Source of the DNA: a virus
Taxonomy: Duplodnaviria; Caudoviricetes
DNA: 64,000 nt
IMG/VR virus record: IMGVR_UViG_3300021254_000021
Coordinates: 64,001-128,000 of that record
Direction: 5' to 3' (one strand)
Shown here: in pieces, positions 11,001-20,842 of the stretch
How positions within the stretch are numbered: the first letter of the stretch is position 1
How the letters are laid out: every line of letters begins with the position of its first letter
Notes under the pieces: model-generated
What the model was told of the DNA's origin: nothing
The model's database searches: none
What the model saw: the letters and a program-made list of their open reading frames with translations, nothing else
Translations under genes and position numbers: made by a program

Positions 11001-11737
11001 CATGGAAAAGTCCCGAAGATGGTATGGGTATAGAGTTTAACAATCCTAAGAAATATGCGAAAGAGCCGATTTTTGCTTATCTTTCAGGCATAGATTACGG
11101 TTCAGCCGTAGATATGTCTAAGGTTAAACAGATTGATTTAAGTAGTTTGCCGTCTGTCTCTGACTCAGGGTTTGGGGATATGTCACAGCCCACACCAAAC
11201 AGCAGAGGAACAATTAGTGTTAATGGAGAGGAAAGACACGTTATTAACCAAGATACCATGTCTAAAGTAGATACACGTAGAATCTTTAATGAATCTGTCC
11301 AGAATGCTAAGTTAAAATACACCGACTTTAACCCTCAAGTATTAACAGATCTTCTCTTAGCTAAGAGCAGGGATATGTCCCCCGATTTTGATGCTAAGAT
11401 AGCGGCGCATAATCCTTTTGGTATTTTAAACATTGATGGTTCTTTAAAAGAGTACGATGATGTGGAATCTGGTATTCAGGCTTTCATATCAAAATTAGAA
11501 GCGGCGTATGATAAATTAGAGTCTATGGATTATGAGAAACAATTGGATGCTTTAAAAGAAAGACATCTGATAAGTGGTTATGATTATGATAGAACGATGA
11601 GTGTACGCCAAGATCGTTTGGCTAATGCGTTAGACAAACTTAATAGTTCTGTTGAAGAAAGTAATAGGATAGCGATGAAGGCGACGATAAATAAGAATGC
11701 TATGCCCATCAGTCCATTAGCAGGTAGGAGATACTAA
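8042..11737 (+). CDS. Tape-measure-like tail protein with NlpC/P60 peptidase and possible lysozyme-like C-terminus
   Basis: Coiled-coil N-terminus, Gly/Ala hydrophobic segments, YAEGGII...VGE..PEAIIPL motif, GVPY...CNQVV...HMGIV...IHAS (NlpC/P60 Cys-His-His), HNPFGI. Confidence 0.75.
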   Translation: MANPEESNTPVPVIVTNIVDPKQSLEKIRKESENTYKLLNGKDYKDVIKSLSKKQDTIAIKTQSIEKLLGDIKTSLTTIKSTSTTQASTQTQSQASNQDNSNKSSSSQDDKVWRDNVYSSLVSIENEVVGTKKQEKNVEFLIEGINKLVEEGKLNEEVSKSIKELSHNYKEQSEKQKRNLERAQEETAAERESSERALDAIKDAIEEGNDLTESEEESIKRAQGAIDEIKDHTSNFSDSLKRVTDDLKNLLSSNFRKVFDQWDRQIATLKEQGMGGPNAAMLNKMTRRTMDATEETLGWNVSIDKAIKATNAMIAAGQSPRYLRENNKQLITGLEGVGFNLQPFTIRAIGQSVFDSSQVKDLAQGWAELSSPDTEGAISKEQISSFLDSDDFKKATAAMMMDGTTTYAEIQKEMIAQLKEAVKAGVTGQDALAMALTSTQNNLGRGAVVVVPDRLSSYIGAAQIAGTYSGNVGNLTADFAAATRKYHSDANVRQRIDEASASLAQSGDYSLLENIQFNDGHTRRIATTQDIKEGQYEGLVPRITKAVAGLLPAESLGSVSQQLTGDSGFLTKQAFELGGGLLKDSPQIFYLRKIANNTEKEANGTGEKGKSMSKFFKGALPLMAGLAVTAGLMYTAYSDSQAEEKAAEEARQRALESFAKEMELEKQQRDALLNGNKKLANDIDKQLKEARERTNQELSSEITLKEGSSDDLWKMGGAGIGATIAGIIAGIALIGSGVGAGAGAAIIGASIAGGAGLGYGGTALATGASGPNMSSEVSSARSELAQSYAAEQAKKNKYAEGGIITKEQVATVGEDDKPEAIIPLTNPEKAKEVMDQAANMSSTNPEVASMMSQEPNQSQEPNQSQGSLADLIVKAAESVIGVPYVAGNLKHPEKGLVCNQVVEYAYAKAGVPLKSGGVSRQYAGENPWIFTETPQPGFAIFNNWGLNKYGKVVYQHMGIVGHNNSRIHASQKWGRVVKNPDLYGKTTWKSPEDGMGIEFNNPKKYAKEPIFAYLSGIDYGSAVDMSKVKQIDLSSLPSVSDSGFGDMSQPTPNSRGTISVNGEERHVINQDTMSKVDTRRIFNESVQNAKLKYTDFNPQVLTDLLLAKSRDMSPDFDAKIAAHNPFGILNIDGSLKEYDDVESGIQAFISKLEAAYDKLESMDYEKQLDALKERHLISGYDYDRTMSVRQDRLANALDKLNSSVEESNRIAMKATINKNAMPISPLAGRRY
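10594..10635 (+). repeat. 18-bp tandem repeat (SQEPNQ x2)
   Basis: gtctcaagaaccgaatca twice plus gtctca, in frame, just before the NlpC/P60 domain. Confidence 0.9.
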
Positions 11738-11739
11738 TA

Positions 11740-14202
11740 ATGTCTAATTCAACTAACGTAACTAAGCAAGTAGAGACTACTGCTCCCTATACATCTTCTA
11801 CCAATGCTAATTTATTAGCTTGTATGGTGAATACGTCAATCAATGGTGTTTCACCAACTTCTCAATCTATAGTCAGTCGATCTTTAGACTCTACTGATTA
11901 TACAAATCTTGTACAGGCTAAACAGCAGGATGGTATCTTTACCTCTAAGACAGATAAGAAAATCTTTACGATTGATTCTAATTTAGACTTTGAGTTTAAT
12001 CCGATAAAGTCTTTAGAGAGTAATATAGGAATATCTTATAATTATGTCTCTAATTTAGCGGCTGAGGATAAAGATAATCGTGTACAGAAAGATAATATTC
12101 CTGCAAGCCCTTATCCTTCTTATGGCCCAGAGATATATTCAGGTACAAACTCTAATTCACCTGATGTTTTTATTGCTACTCCCGCAAGAAATCCACCTTG
12201 TATTATATCAGAGAGTAGAACAGGGACAGCTTCTTACACACAGATAAATGAGCGTGGTGTCTTTTCCGAAGGGAAAGAGGTAGAGATACGTGTATTAACT
12301 AGTCCTAATAACTATTCCTTTGGTACATCACAGAACTTTGATCAGATAGAGCCCAGAGGATCACAAACACCACAAAGATACTATAACCATAATTCTGGTA
12401 GAACACTTAGCTTTGTAGCCGAGTTCCACCAACAGGAATATCCTTTAGAACCTCTACTCTCTATTGCAGAAAAAGCTCAATATCTTGCACGACCTTATAA
12501 GCATGGTGATTATGCACTAATACCTAAACTGGTAATGGTACAGATTCCCGGACGTGTATTCAGAGGTTATTTGCAGAGTGTGTCTATAAACACTTCTGGT
12601 GATGATTATAGTAACTGGAACTTTATAGATATAAAAAGCAAAGTTGGAACAATGGGTGAACAAGAGGGTTTCTATGGTGGTTATAATTCCAGAGAGTTAG
12701 AACCTATTGGTGGTATTTCTAATGATCGTAAAGACATTATGACGGATAACCAGAATGTTTATTATGGTTTGTCTAAAATGACTATCGACTTTACCCTTCT
12801 TATTGTAGAGGATATTGTTTTAACTACTTATGAAACACAAGAAGAAATAGCAGAGAAAGAAAGAATACAGCAGGAAGAGGAAAGAAAGAGAAAAGAAGAA
12901 TTAGAAAGACAAATTGCAATTGATCAAGCTCGTGGTTATGTAGAATTACATAAAAGTGTAATGGATGGAACATATATAGATGACTGTATCTATGTTGATC
13001 CTAAAACAGGTGAAATAATAGGTGTAAAATTTATAGATTCAGATGAGAATGAAATAGATACTACAAATGGTAGGGAAGGTATTACTTTAACTGAATGGGA
13101 GAAACAACAGGAAATAAAGAAAGGTGATACAGTAGAGCAGAATACAACAGCAGATATTATAGATGCAGGTACACAAGAGGCTTGGAATATTATAAATGAT
13201 TCACAGAGTGTAACTTCTATGCGAACTTACTTAGAGGAACGGTGGGTACAGGAACATCCAGAGCCTCAGACAGGCACACCAGAACACCAAGCATGGGAAG
13301 CCGAAAAAGCTGAATATGAAACAAAACTTGATAATGTAGACTTCTTAGAGGCTGAATATAAACAGAAGGCTATCACAGAAGGGGTTGGAAAAGATAATTC
13401 AGATGTGGCTTATTTTACTAATGGTTCTTTCTATATGCCGGAATCAGGTAAACCACAGACAAATCTTCCATTACCACTAAGTACTTTTTTAAAGACAGAT
13501 ATTAAAAGTACAGAGGATATTCATACTGTGCTTACTAGCATAGAAACAGAAAAATCAGATCCAAATATAGTTCTTAATCAAATAGAAAAAAATGGTTGGG
13601 ATGATTCTTGGTCTTACCACTTATTATGGGAGGTATGTTGTGTAAATGGTGTAGGTATAAAAACACCTACAGCTACAACTAATAAGTATGGCTTACATGA
13701 TTGGCATATACCAAATCCTATATATTTCAATGCTTATAATAGATTTACGGGTTTTATTTTTCAGAAAGGTGATCAAGGTATTCAGATAAGAAATAACTTT
13801 AAAGAGTGTGGTATAGAGATAACAGAGCAAGAGGCTTTACTTTATTTTGAAACAATAAAGGATTCTGGTTATTGTGATAAAGAAAATGATAATGAATGCA
13901 AAATATCTTTTTATACACTAGCAAAGATAACAGACTTTACTAAATTTCTCGTACTTGTAGATGATCAAGGAACTATTTTAAAGACACCAGATAATAGAAT
14001 CCTTCTATTTTTTATGAAAGCTATAGGTGCTGTAAGAAGTGCTTTTTATAGTGGTTTTAAAAAGATTTGTTCAGAAAAAATTACAGAGGATGGTGCAGAG
14101 TTATTTCCAAATAAAAAAAGTGCTTTAGATTTTATGAATACTCGTGTTAGTTCACAAGGTGGCGAAATTAAGTATGCTTATTATTGGGAGTATAAACCAT
14201 GA
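11740..14202 (+). CDS. Tail/baseplate protein (tube-initiator-like central domain)
   Basis: Follows the tape measure; RGSQTPQRYY..SGRTLSF...P.LV.V.IPGRVFRGYLQSVSI resembles tube-fold baseplate proteins. Confidence 0.5.
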   Translation: MSNSTNVTKQVETTAPYTSSTNANLLACMVNTSINGVSPTSQSIVSRSLDSTDYTNLVQAKQQDGIFTSKTDKKIFTIDSNLDFEFNPIKSLESNIGISYNYVSNLAAEDKDNRVQKDNIPASPYPSYGPEIYSGTNSNSPDVFIATPARNPPCIISESRTGTASYTQINERGVFSEGKEVEIRVLTSPNNYSFGTSQNFDQIEPRGSQTPQRYYNHNSGRTLSFVAEFHQQEYPLEPLLSIAEKAQYLARPYKHGDYALIPKLVMVQIPGRVFRGYLQSVSINTSGDDYSNWNFIDIKSKVGTMGEQEGFYGGYNSRELEPIGGISNDRKDIMTDNQNVYYGLSKMTIDFTLLIVEDIVLTTYETQEEIAEKERIQQEEERKRKEELERQIAIDQARGYVELHKSVMDGTYIDDCIYVDPKTGEIIGVKFIDSDENEIDTTNGREGITLTEWEKQQEIKKGDTVEQNTTADIIDAGTQEAWNIINDSQSVTSMRTYLEERWVQEHPEPQTGTPEHQAWEAEKAEYETKLDNVDFLEAEYKQKAITEGVGKDNSDVAYFTNGSFYMPESGKPQTNLPLPLSTFLKTDIKSTEDIHTVLTSIETEKSDPNIVLNQIEKNGWDDSWSYHLLWEVCCVNGVGIKTPTATTNKYGLHDWHIPNPIYFNAYNRFTGFIFQKGDQGIQIRNNFKECGIEITEQEALLYFETIKDSGYCDKENDNECKISFYTLAKITDFTKFLVLVDDQGTILKTPDNRILLFFMKAIGAVRSAFYSGFKKICSEKITEDGAELFPNKKSALDFMNTRVSSQGGEIKYAYYWEYKP

Positions 14203-14480
14203 TAGAATACACACAGACATCCCGTTATTATAAAATAGTAGAAGTGGATAATGTTTTACAGACAGACCTTACTGTATTGAATGTTTCTTATACGGAAACC
14301 ACAGTACGTAGGGGAGAGGAAAATAATCCAGAGATATTGTCTCAAAGGATTTACAATAACCCTAACTACTGGTGGGTTATATGTCAGTATAATGGTATTA
14401 TTGATCCTAAGAATGATCTTCCTTTGGGTAAGAAAATTCGTTTCCCCAATATTACTAAATCGCCTAGAGAGGACATCTAA
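14199..14480 (+). CDS. Baseplate wedge LysM-like protein (T4 gp53 / tail X-like)
   Basis: LSQRIYNNPNYWWVICQYNGIIDP..LPLGKKIRFP. Confidence 0.8.
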   Translation: MIEYTQTSRYYKIVEVDNVLQTDLTVLNVSYTETTVRRGEENNPEILSQRIYNNPNYWWVICQYNGIIDPKNDLPLGKKIRFPNITKSPREDI

Positions 14481-16027
14481 TGGCCATTACAATTCTACCA
14501 GAATATGAATACTATACAGGTGTAGAGATAAAGCTGTATCTAGGTGGAGATGATAAAAAGGTTATAGAGCTGTCTAAGTTTGGTGAGCATTTTCAAAGTT
14601 TAACAATCACAGAGGGTTCACCTAAAATAGACGGTACACAATTACAGATGGAAAACCATGATGGTGGTGTGGCCTCTGGTAAAGTGTCTCTGTATGATGA
14701 GGATAACTCAATCTTTAGAGCTTTACTTGTTTCTAAGACACAAGGTGGTCAACAGCTAGAGAATATTCTCGATATTACTGTTAAGGCTTATACAGGAATA
14801 AGACGATACCCAAAGTGTCGTGTACAGAGATGGACTTGTGGCTTTAGTGGTGGCGTCCCTTCCATTACTTTAGAATGGCAGAATATGCCAGACAATACAC
14901 AACAGACCGAGGAAGGAACACCCACCTTTAAAGAAGTAAAGATGCGTGAGCTTCTTGTCGAAAAAGGTGTGGCTAACTTTGGTGAGTTTAAACAGGCTAT
15001 TAGAGAAGTGTTTTCCGATGCTTATGTCTTTAAGTATTCCACATCCCGAGAGTTAGAGGAAAACCAGTTAAAGGAGATAGAGGATGATGGAAAGATTCTC
15101 TATTATAATGGAGACAAACAAGAGGAATACACGATAACGATCCCAGAATCAATCTGTGTACTTGATGGGAATGAAGTAAAGAAATACAGAATGAGGATTG
15201 ATCCTACGGGTGATACAGCCTCTTTACTTCGTCTTGTAATGGATCAGTTCTGTCACGCTGTAAACGGAGAGAGTCAGATTAAGATTAACTGGAAGATTGT
15301 CTATGGTAATGTCCTTCTTATATACACCTTTAACAACTATAATGCTTTAAATATTCCGATGCCAAAAGGCACAGCTCCATTCCTAGAGGAATCAATTTTT
15401 GTTTATAATTCTTCGATGAAGCAGGGACAGTTATATAAGACTCCGCTTGGTGTGGAAAAGATGGTGTTTGTTGTGGATAGTCTTAGCACTACCTTTGACA
15501 ACAGCAATGTGGTTATAGCAAACTTTGATACTCAGGCTAATGCCAATAATCCTAATGGGAATCTTATTTTAACATCACGTGGTGCAATCACAATTCCCTC
15601 TGGTATGCCACAGGCTATTGCAGAGTCGATGTCCAAGCTCACAAGCATTTTATTGTCACAGCAACTACAGGTGACAATGACGGTCTATAACTTTATTCAG
15701 TTTTACGTAGAGGGCGTTACACCAATAGAGTTATTGGTATTTGATCATTTAGGTCAGGTACACCCATTAACAGGAAAAATGAGGATTGTTGGATACAACT
15801 ACATGATTGATGGTGGTGTGGTAAAAGCGGATGTTACATTAAAGCCAGAGTTGGATAACTCTTTACAGGCACAATACTTCAATACGCCCGCTTCAGCAAA
15901 TCAGTCCACTAACACTACCTCTTATCCACCATCTTCGGCAACAGAATATCCACCCGCCAATGCTTCTGGTGCAGGTCTCAGTTCTGGTGTAACAATTCAG
16001 TCAGGGGTCGATTATAAGGTTTCGTGA
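14480..16027 (+). CDS. Putative baseplate hub protein
   Basis: Synteny only (after the gp53-like gene, before the spike-like and gp25 genes). Confidence 0.45.
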   Translation: MAITILPEYEYYTGVEIKLYLGGDDKKVIELSKFGEHFQSLTITEGSPKIDGTQLQMENHDGGVASGKVSLYDEDNSIFRALLVSKTQGGQQLENILDITVKAYTGIRRYPKCRVQRWTCGFSGGVPSITLEWQNMPDNTQQTEEGTPTFKEVKMRELLVEKGVANFGEFKQAIREVFSDAYVFKYSTSRELEENQLKEIEDDGKILYYNGDKQEEYTITIPESICVLDGNEVKKYRMRIDPTGDTASLLRLVMDQFCHAVNGESQIKINWKIVYGNVLLIYTFNNYNALNIPMPKGTAPFLEESIFVYNSSMKQGQLYKTPLGVEKMVFVVDSLSTTFDNSNVVIANFDTQANANNPNGNLILTSRGAITIPSGMPQAIAESMSKLTSILLSQQLQVTMTVYNFIQFYVEGVTPIELLVFDHLGQVHPLTGKMRIVGYNYMIDGGVVKADVTLKPELDNSLQAQYFNTPASANQSTNTTSYPPSSATEYPPANASGAGLSSGVTIQSGVDYKVS

Positions 16028-16125
16028 ACTACCACACCACCTAAAGGTGGTGTGGCTTCTCGTGCAAGTCTTTTATGTTATTTTTTACCCACTGGCTAAA
16101 GCCGCGTGGGATTTCTTTTAGAAGG
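16024..16125 (-). mobile_element. 102-bp non-autonomous IS200/IS605 derivative (ends only, PATE-like)
   Basis: Both ends align with the ends of the 28627..30035 element: gtgaactaccac...gtggcttctcgtgcaagt and acccac...cgtgggatttcttt...gg|ttaaa. Confidence 0.85.
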
Positions 16126-16143
16126 TTAAATAAGGAGAGCAGT

Positions 16144-17190
16144 ATGGCTAATGCAAATTTTGATACAGCCTGTACATATTACAGAATGTTTTTAAATAAT
16201 TTTTCTAAACCCCATAACTATAATGGAAAGAATTATGACCATTCTGTCCCTTCCTCTTTTGTTTACCATTTAGTTAGGGACAATTGTGTTTGGTTATTAA
16301 ATCTTATAGTAGGAGTGGCAGGTTACTCTGTTTACTTTGATGCTGATACCGAAACAAGTAAAGTTTTAACTAAGGAGTTACTGGATGCGGCAGGAGTGGT
16401 TGACCCAGTAGTTAATCTTAAATCTTCGGCAACACCATGGTCTGGTTTAACATCCTCTGGTAAGACTCCGTGGGCTCCTGTAGATAAAATGACTACGGGT
16501 GTTGGAATAGCTCACTTTAACAGAGGTGGTTTGGAAAAGTTTTATAAATGTTCCCCAATTACAGCTAATTTACCTAAAGTGGATGCTAATGGACAGATTG
16601 TTCGAGATGAACAAGGTGCTATGATAGTAGAGAATTATACTGTATGTTATAATTCTAAACCTCTTTATGGTTGGGGTGTAGGGTATGATGGTGGTAAAAG
16701 ACTTTCCTTCCAGTGTCTTACAAACAATCCGTCTAATTTGTGTTATGAGAATAGTGTGGAAGGGAAGTGCGCCGTTAAGGGTAAGTTTAGTGATAAATCA
16801 ATTAAGTTAATCGGCCCAGATTATGGAAAAAAGGAAGATAGTACATCTTATATGACTAGACCAGAGGCCACTGATTTTGTTGCTTGGTGTAACTATCACT
16901 TAAACCACGAGATAGATCAGCTTTATCCACCTTTAGTGTGGATGGCTAAGTACTGGTCGCCTTTTTACTCATGGCATAATGGTACACAGGAAAATACCAT
17001 TCAGGCTGTAATGATGGCTTCATCTGCATACAATTCAGGGGGTATGTCCATTAATGAAATGAATGGTAAGTCTGCACAGGCTATTGCAGATATGTACATA
17101 AATAAAGGGTCAGATAAAGATCATAGACGACGACGTATAGCTAACACGCAGAGAGCTATAGCTCTCCTAGAGTTTATTAAACGTGTTTAA
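16144..17190 (+). CDS. Baseplate-region protein, possible lysozyme-fold cell-wall hydrolase
   Basis: AAGGAG RBS before ATG 16144 (the track's 16075 start lies inside the insertion). GVGIAHF..GGL and SAYNSG motifs are weak. Confidence 0.5.
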   Translation: MANANFDTACTYYRMFLNNFSKPHNYNGKNYDHSVPSSFVYHLVRDNCVWLLNLIVGVAGYSVYFDADTETSKVLTKELLDAAGVVDPVVNLKSSATPWSGLTSSGKTPWAPVDKMTTGVGIAHFNRGGLEKFYKCSPITANLPKVDANGQIVRDEQGAMIVENYTVCYNSKPLYGWGVGYDGGKRLSFQCLTNNPSNLCYENSVEGKCAVKGKFSDKSIKLIGPDYGKKEDSTSYMTRPEATDFVAWCNYHLNHEIDQLYPPLVWMAKYWSPFYSWHNGTQENTIQAVMMASSAYNSGGMSINEMNGKSAQAIADMYINKGSDKDHRRRRIANTQRAIALLEFIKRV

Positions 17191-17221
17191 CTTAAATTAA
17201 CTCCATTAGAGGAAACCGAGC

Positions 17222-20200
17222 ATGAATATAAATGACATTTTTCCATACAATATTGATCCAAACACCATCTCTGTTTATGTAGGCAGGGTAATTAAACTGG
17301 ATGAGAACTTTGAGGATAATGGGATACTATTCGTTGATTTGTGTGACCCTAATGGGACAGATTTAGACAAAGGGGCTGAGACAGCTAATATAGCTACCGC
17401 TTCTTTTGCAGTAAGGAATACGCATAAGTGTTGGCAGAGTCCTCCAGAGATTCTTTCCAAAACTAACTTTAAAGGTGCTATGACAGCCACCATGTCAGGT
17501 GACTTTCACCTTCAGAATTACTGCTTCGATATGCAGTCAATCACATGGTTTGCTACGGTATCAGCCGCTCTTAATGCTTTAGGTATAGTCAATATACCAC
17601 CAGTGATGATGTCAATGGATCAGACACCCTTCCCGGGAAAAGCGGTATCCATTAACTTAGCTTCTGCATTAGAGGAGTTTATTAACGAGTTATTGGATGC
17701 TTTTTTACGAGAGATAGAATCTGAGGAAGCATTAGAAAATATATTTAACACTAAAAGTTTGGAAGATGTCATAAGTGATGTTGGTAGAAAAATAAATGGT
17801 GAAAGTGTAACACTAGACCCAATGGAAAGTGTTATATATAGTGTAGTAAACCCTGTTCATAGTTTAGCAGATACTATTCTCCAACCATATATAACTTTCT
17901 TACGATGTATCTCTTATACTTTACAGTTGGTACAAAGGAGAGTTTCTAACATCATGGATTGGACTTTCCCAATAACCAACTTTGCTGATTCAGATATATC
18001 ACAAGATATTTTATCTATTAGAACTGCTATTTCTAAACGAATAGATGAGATAGGTAATCAAATAACAGATATTGCTTGGCCACCAGAGATAGCTGAAATC
18101 TTTAATCATACAATGAATTACATTGTAGAGAGTACGTACAATCCTTTAGCTTACTTATTCACTACTTTGAATAATACTATTAAGGATATTATTGTACCTT
18201 TAAAGAAGAAGTTGGTAGAGGTTATTAACAGTGCTATTAGAAAGCCTCTATTGCAGATTGCAAATACAATAGCAATGTCTATTCAGCCAATGGTTTCCTC
18301 TTTACCAACTATTGTACAGTTAGTTGTAAAGTATGCCATAAAAGCCTTAATAAGAACCTTATTAGGTGTTCCTATTAACTCTATTATGTCAGGGTTGGCA
18401 GAACCTATTAAGTCTATCTTAGAGGAATCTATAAAAGCTATAAAAAATCAGGTTTCCTCATTTATTACCTCTTTTGCAGGGTCTCTTATAAACCCAATTA
18501 TAAAGAAAATCCAAGATACCCTTTATAACTTAATTCCCAGTTTTACTGTAAATGATTTAAATACTCTTTGTGCTAAGTTAAAAGAGTGGAAAAATCAACC
18601 ATTAGATACACCAATTCCATTGGACATTTATGTTGATGGTACAGTAGATTCTAAAAAGAATTTTGAGGAATTGGATTGGTCTAATCCTAAAGAGGTTTCC
18701 GCATTTATTATTGCTCTAGTAAGTTTGATTAAAAATACTATTCACGATCCTTCCTCTTTAGAACTAACAGAGGAAGTAAGAGAGATTTATCAGTCCTCTA
18801 ATGGTATTCCTTTTGGAAGTAACTTAATTAATACCAGTGAGGATTCTTTGGTAGTAGATGTATATAATGAAGCTGATTATTATGATCATAAAACAATTCT
18901 ACCAAAACAACCCTTAGTAGAAGGTAATATTTCCTATTCCACTCCATCTTCGGGAATGCAACAGGCACTATTCTTCTATAATGAATATAATTCTAAGGAA
19001 GAATTTTTACCTATTTTTGAGCTTTTACATACTCCTGTTAATAGAGAAGCACTTTTATCTGATTCAGATATGAGTAGTGCAGAAGTAAAAGAATGGATTA
19101 CAAATAAAGCTCTATATATAGAGACGCAAATTGACGGAGAGACAGTTCGGTATATTGTCAATAATACATCTTCGGATATTTATATTCATGTTACTAAGGA
19201 TAATACTGTAAAGGTTGAATCCAATAAGATTTATCTTTCGCAGGAGATTCCTCATGTTAGTATGAATGAAGATGATCCTGTTGTAGGTACTGATTTAGTA
19301 CCTCAGTATGATAGTGACTATAATCCTATTCCATTAACCATAGGGTCTATTACAGACGATGGTCAACCTTTATATAAGGTAGGTTTTAATGATCCTAGTA
19401 AAGAGTTAAGTGCAGAGGATGAGAAAACCTTTGCAGAAATTTCAGACTTATACTATATGTCTAAAACACCCTCAGCTACAGAGGAAAAGTTATTGATAGA
19501 TGATTTAGTAAATAAGTTAAATGAAGATTCTTCACCAGAAAGTTCTATAAAAAGCTCTTTGTTCTATGAATCTTTTAGTTTAGGAATGTCTAAACGTAAA
19601 GTGAATGAGGATTCTTTTTGTCAGATTATTCCTAATCCAGATACAAAATTAGCTTATACTGTTTCCAGTACGCAAATAGAAATAACACTATCCACTACAA
19701 TATCTCCGAATAAAGATACAGACTTTAAGATAATAATAACTATTCTTTTACAGGATGGAGATTACACTAGTACAGGATATACTTGCAGGTATTTTATTCC
19801 TGTACAGAATGTCATAACACATCTTTATACCTATGAAGAAAGATCAGAGGTAGAGATAACATGGACATCCTTAGTTAGTATAGAAGGAAGGTACTGTGCT
19901 TGGTTAGTTTCTTATTTGGGTTCTAAGCCAGTTGTTATAAAGCCAGATGAGAATTTTGAGCGTATGGTGAATTTATTTACGGAGATGTTTCAGCATACTT
20001 TATCTGCACTTAGTCAGGAAAACTTTGATCTTTCTTTCTTATTGAAAGCTATTGTAAGTAAAATAACATCATGCTTTGATAAAATAGCGGGTGTGGTAGA
20101 GGAGATAATGGGTAGAGTTAATTCCATGCTTAGTACAATAGATTCTTTAAAGAATCTCACTACAATCATGGATAAGATCCAATCTGTATCTTCGGTAATA

Positions 20201-20485
20201 GAAGGAGTGGCTAATACAATAGAGCCCGCATTAAAAGCAACAGCACAAGCCGCTTCGGCAGTAGCTATTCAGTCTTGTTCCATGACACAATCAGCAACGG
20301 GCAAAGACTTTACCTTTAATTCTGGGGATAACTACGATCTATCTACTACTACAACTGCAAAGGCACAACTTCCTTATTGTAAGGAGTTGGGCAGAGAGCA
20401 GTTCTTAGAGCCTAATTGTAAGGCTTTAGTTTTAGCCATTGGGGCAGGAAAACAAAACCTCTTTGTAGTGGATGTATTGTCATAA
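17222..20485 (+). CDS. Large baseplate/spike-associated protein
   Basis: 1087 aa directly before the gp25-like gene; termini resemble strands of a gp5/gpV OB fold. Confidence 0.45.
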   Translation: MNINDIFPYNIDPNTISVYVGRVIKLDENFEDNGILFVDLCDPNGTDLDKGAETANIATASFAVRNTHKCWQSPPEILSKTNFKGAMTATMSGDFHLQNYCFDMQSITWFATVSAALNALGIVNIPPVMMSMDQTPFPGKAVSINLASALEEFINELLDAFLREIESEEALENIFNTKSLEDVISDVGRKINGESVTLDPMESVIYSVVNPVHSLADTILQPYITFLRCISYTLQLVQRRVSNIMDWTFPITNFADSDISQDILSIRTAISKRIDEIGNQITDIAWPPEIAEIFNHTMNYIVESTYNPLAYLFTTLNNTIKDIIVPLKKKLVEVINSAIRKPLLQIANTIAMSIQPMVSSLPTIVQLVVKYAIKALIRTLLGVPINSIMSGLAEPIKSILEESIKAIKNQVSSFITSFAGSLINPIIKKIQDTLYNLIPSFTVNDLNTLCAKLKEWKNQPLDTPIPLDIYVDGTVDSKKNFEELDWSNPKEVSAFIIALVSLIKNTIHDPSSLELTEEVREIYQSSNGIPFGSNLINTSEDSLVVDVYNEADYYDHKTILPKQPLVEGNISYSTPSSGMQQALFFYNEYNSKEEFLPIFELLHTPVNREALLSDSDMSSAEVKEWITNKALYIETQIDGETVRYIVNNTSSDIYIHVTKDNTVKVESNKIYLSQEIPHVSMNEDDPVVGTDLVPQYDSDYNPIPLTIGSITDDGQPLYKVGFNDPSKELSAEDEKTFAEISDLYYMSKTPSATEEKLLIDDLVNKLNEDSSPESSIKSSLFYESFSLGMSKRKVNEDSFCQIIPNPDTKLAYTVSSTQIEITLSTTISPNKDTDFKIIITILLQDGDYTSTGYTCRYFIPVQNVITHLYTYEERSEVEITWTSLVSIEGRYCAWLVSYLGSKPVVIKPDENFERMVNLFTEMFQHTLSALSQENFDLSFLLKAIVSKITSCFDKIAGVVEEIMGRVNSMLSTIDSLKNLTTIMDKIQSVSSVIEGVANTIEPALKATAQAASAVAIQSCSMTQSATGKDFTFNSGDNYDLSTTTTAKAQLPYCKELGREQFLEPNCKALVLAIGAGKQNLFVVDVLS

Positions 20486-20841
20486 TGTTTACGTTCACAG
20501 AATCCTTTTATAAAACATCCTTTTATTATAAGCGGGGTGTGCCCGCTTTAAAAGAGTACATATTGGATATTCTGAATACGGACAGAGGAACAAGACCATA
20601 TTATCCTGACTATGGTCTTTTGTTAGAGAAGTTCAAGTATATGCTTCTGGATCTTCCCACAGCTCAAAAGATTCATTCAGAGGTTTATTTTGTTATAAAT
20701 TCCATAGACAATCTTCGTATTGTAAATACGAATTATAAGTTAAAGCAAAAGCAAAAGAAACTTGAGCTTTACTTTGATCTTGTTTATGGTCAAGAACCGA
20801 TAGGGTTACACTTAACTTATTCTGATGGAGGTTTTAAATAG
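20485..20841 (+). CDS. Baseplate wedge protein gp25-like
   Basis: ILDILNTDRGTRPYYPDYG matches the gp25/GPW T..GER...P.FG signature. Confidence 0.85.
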   Translation: MFTFTESFYKTSFYYKRGVPALKEYILDILNTDRGTRPYYPDYGLLLEKFKYMLLDLPTAQKIHSEVYFVINSIDNLRIVNTNYKLKQKQKKLELYFDLVYGQEPIGLHLTYSDGGFK

Positions 20842-20842
20842 T

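Noticed and set aside
16075-16143. N-terminal 23 aa of track ORF 16075..17190
   Set aside because: Start lies within the 102-bp insertion; the RBS points to ATG 16144.
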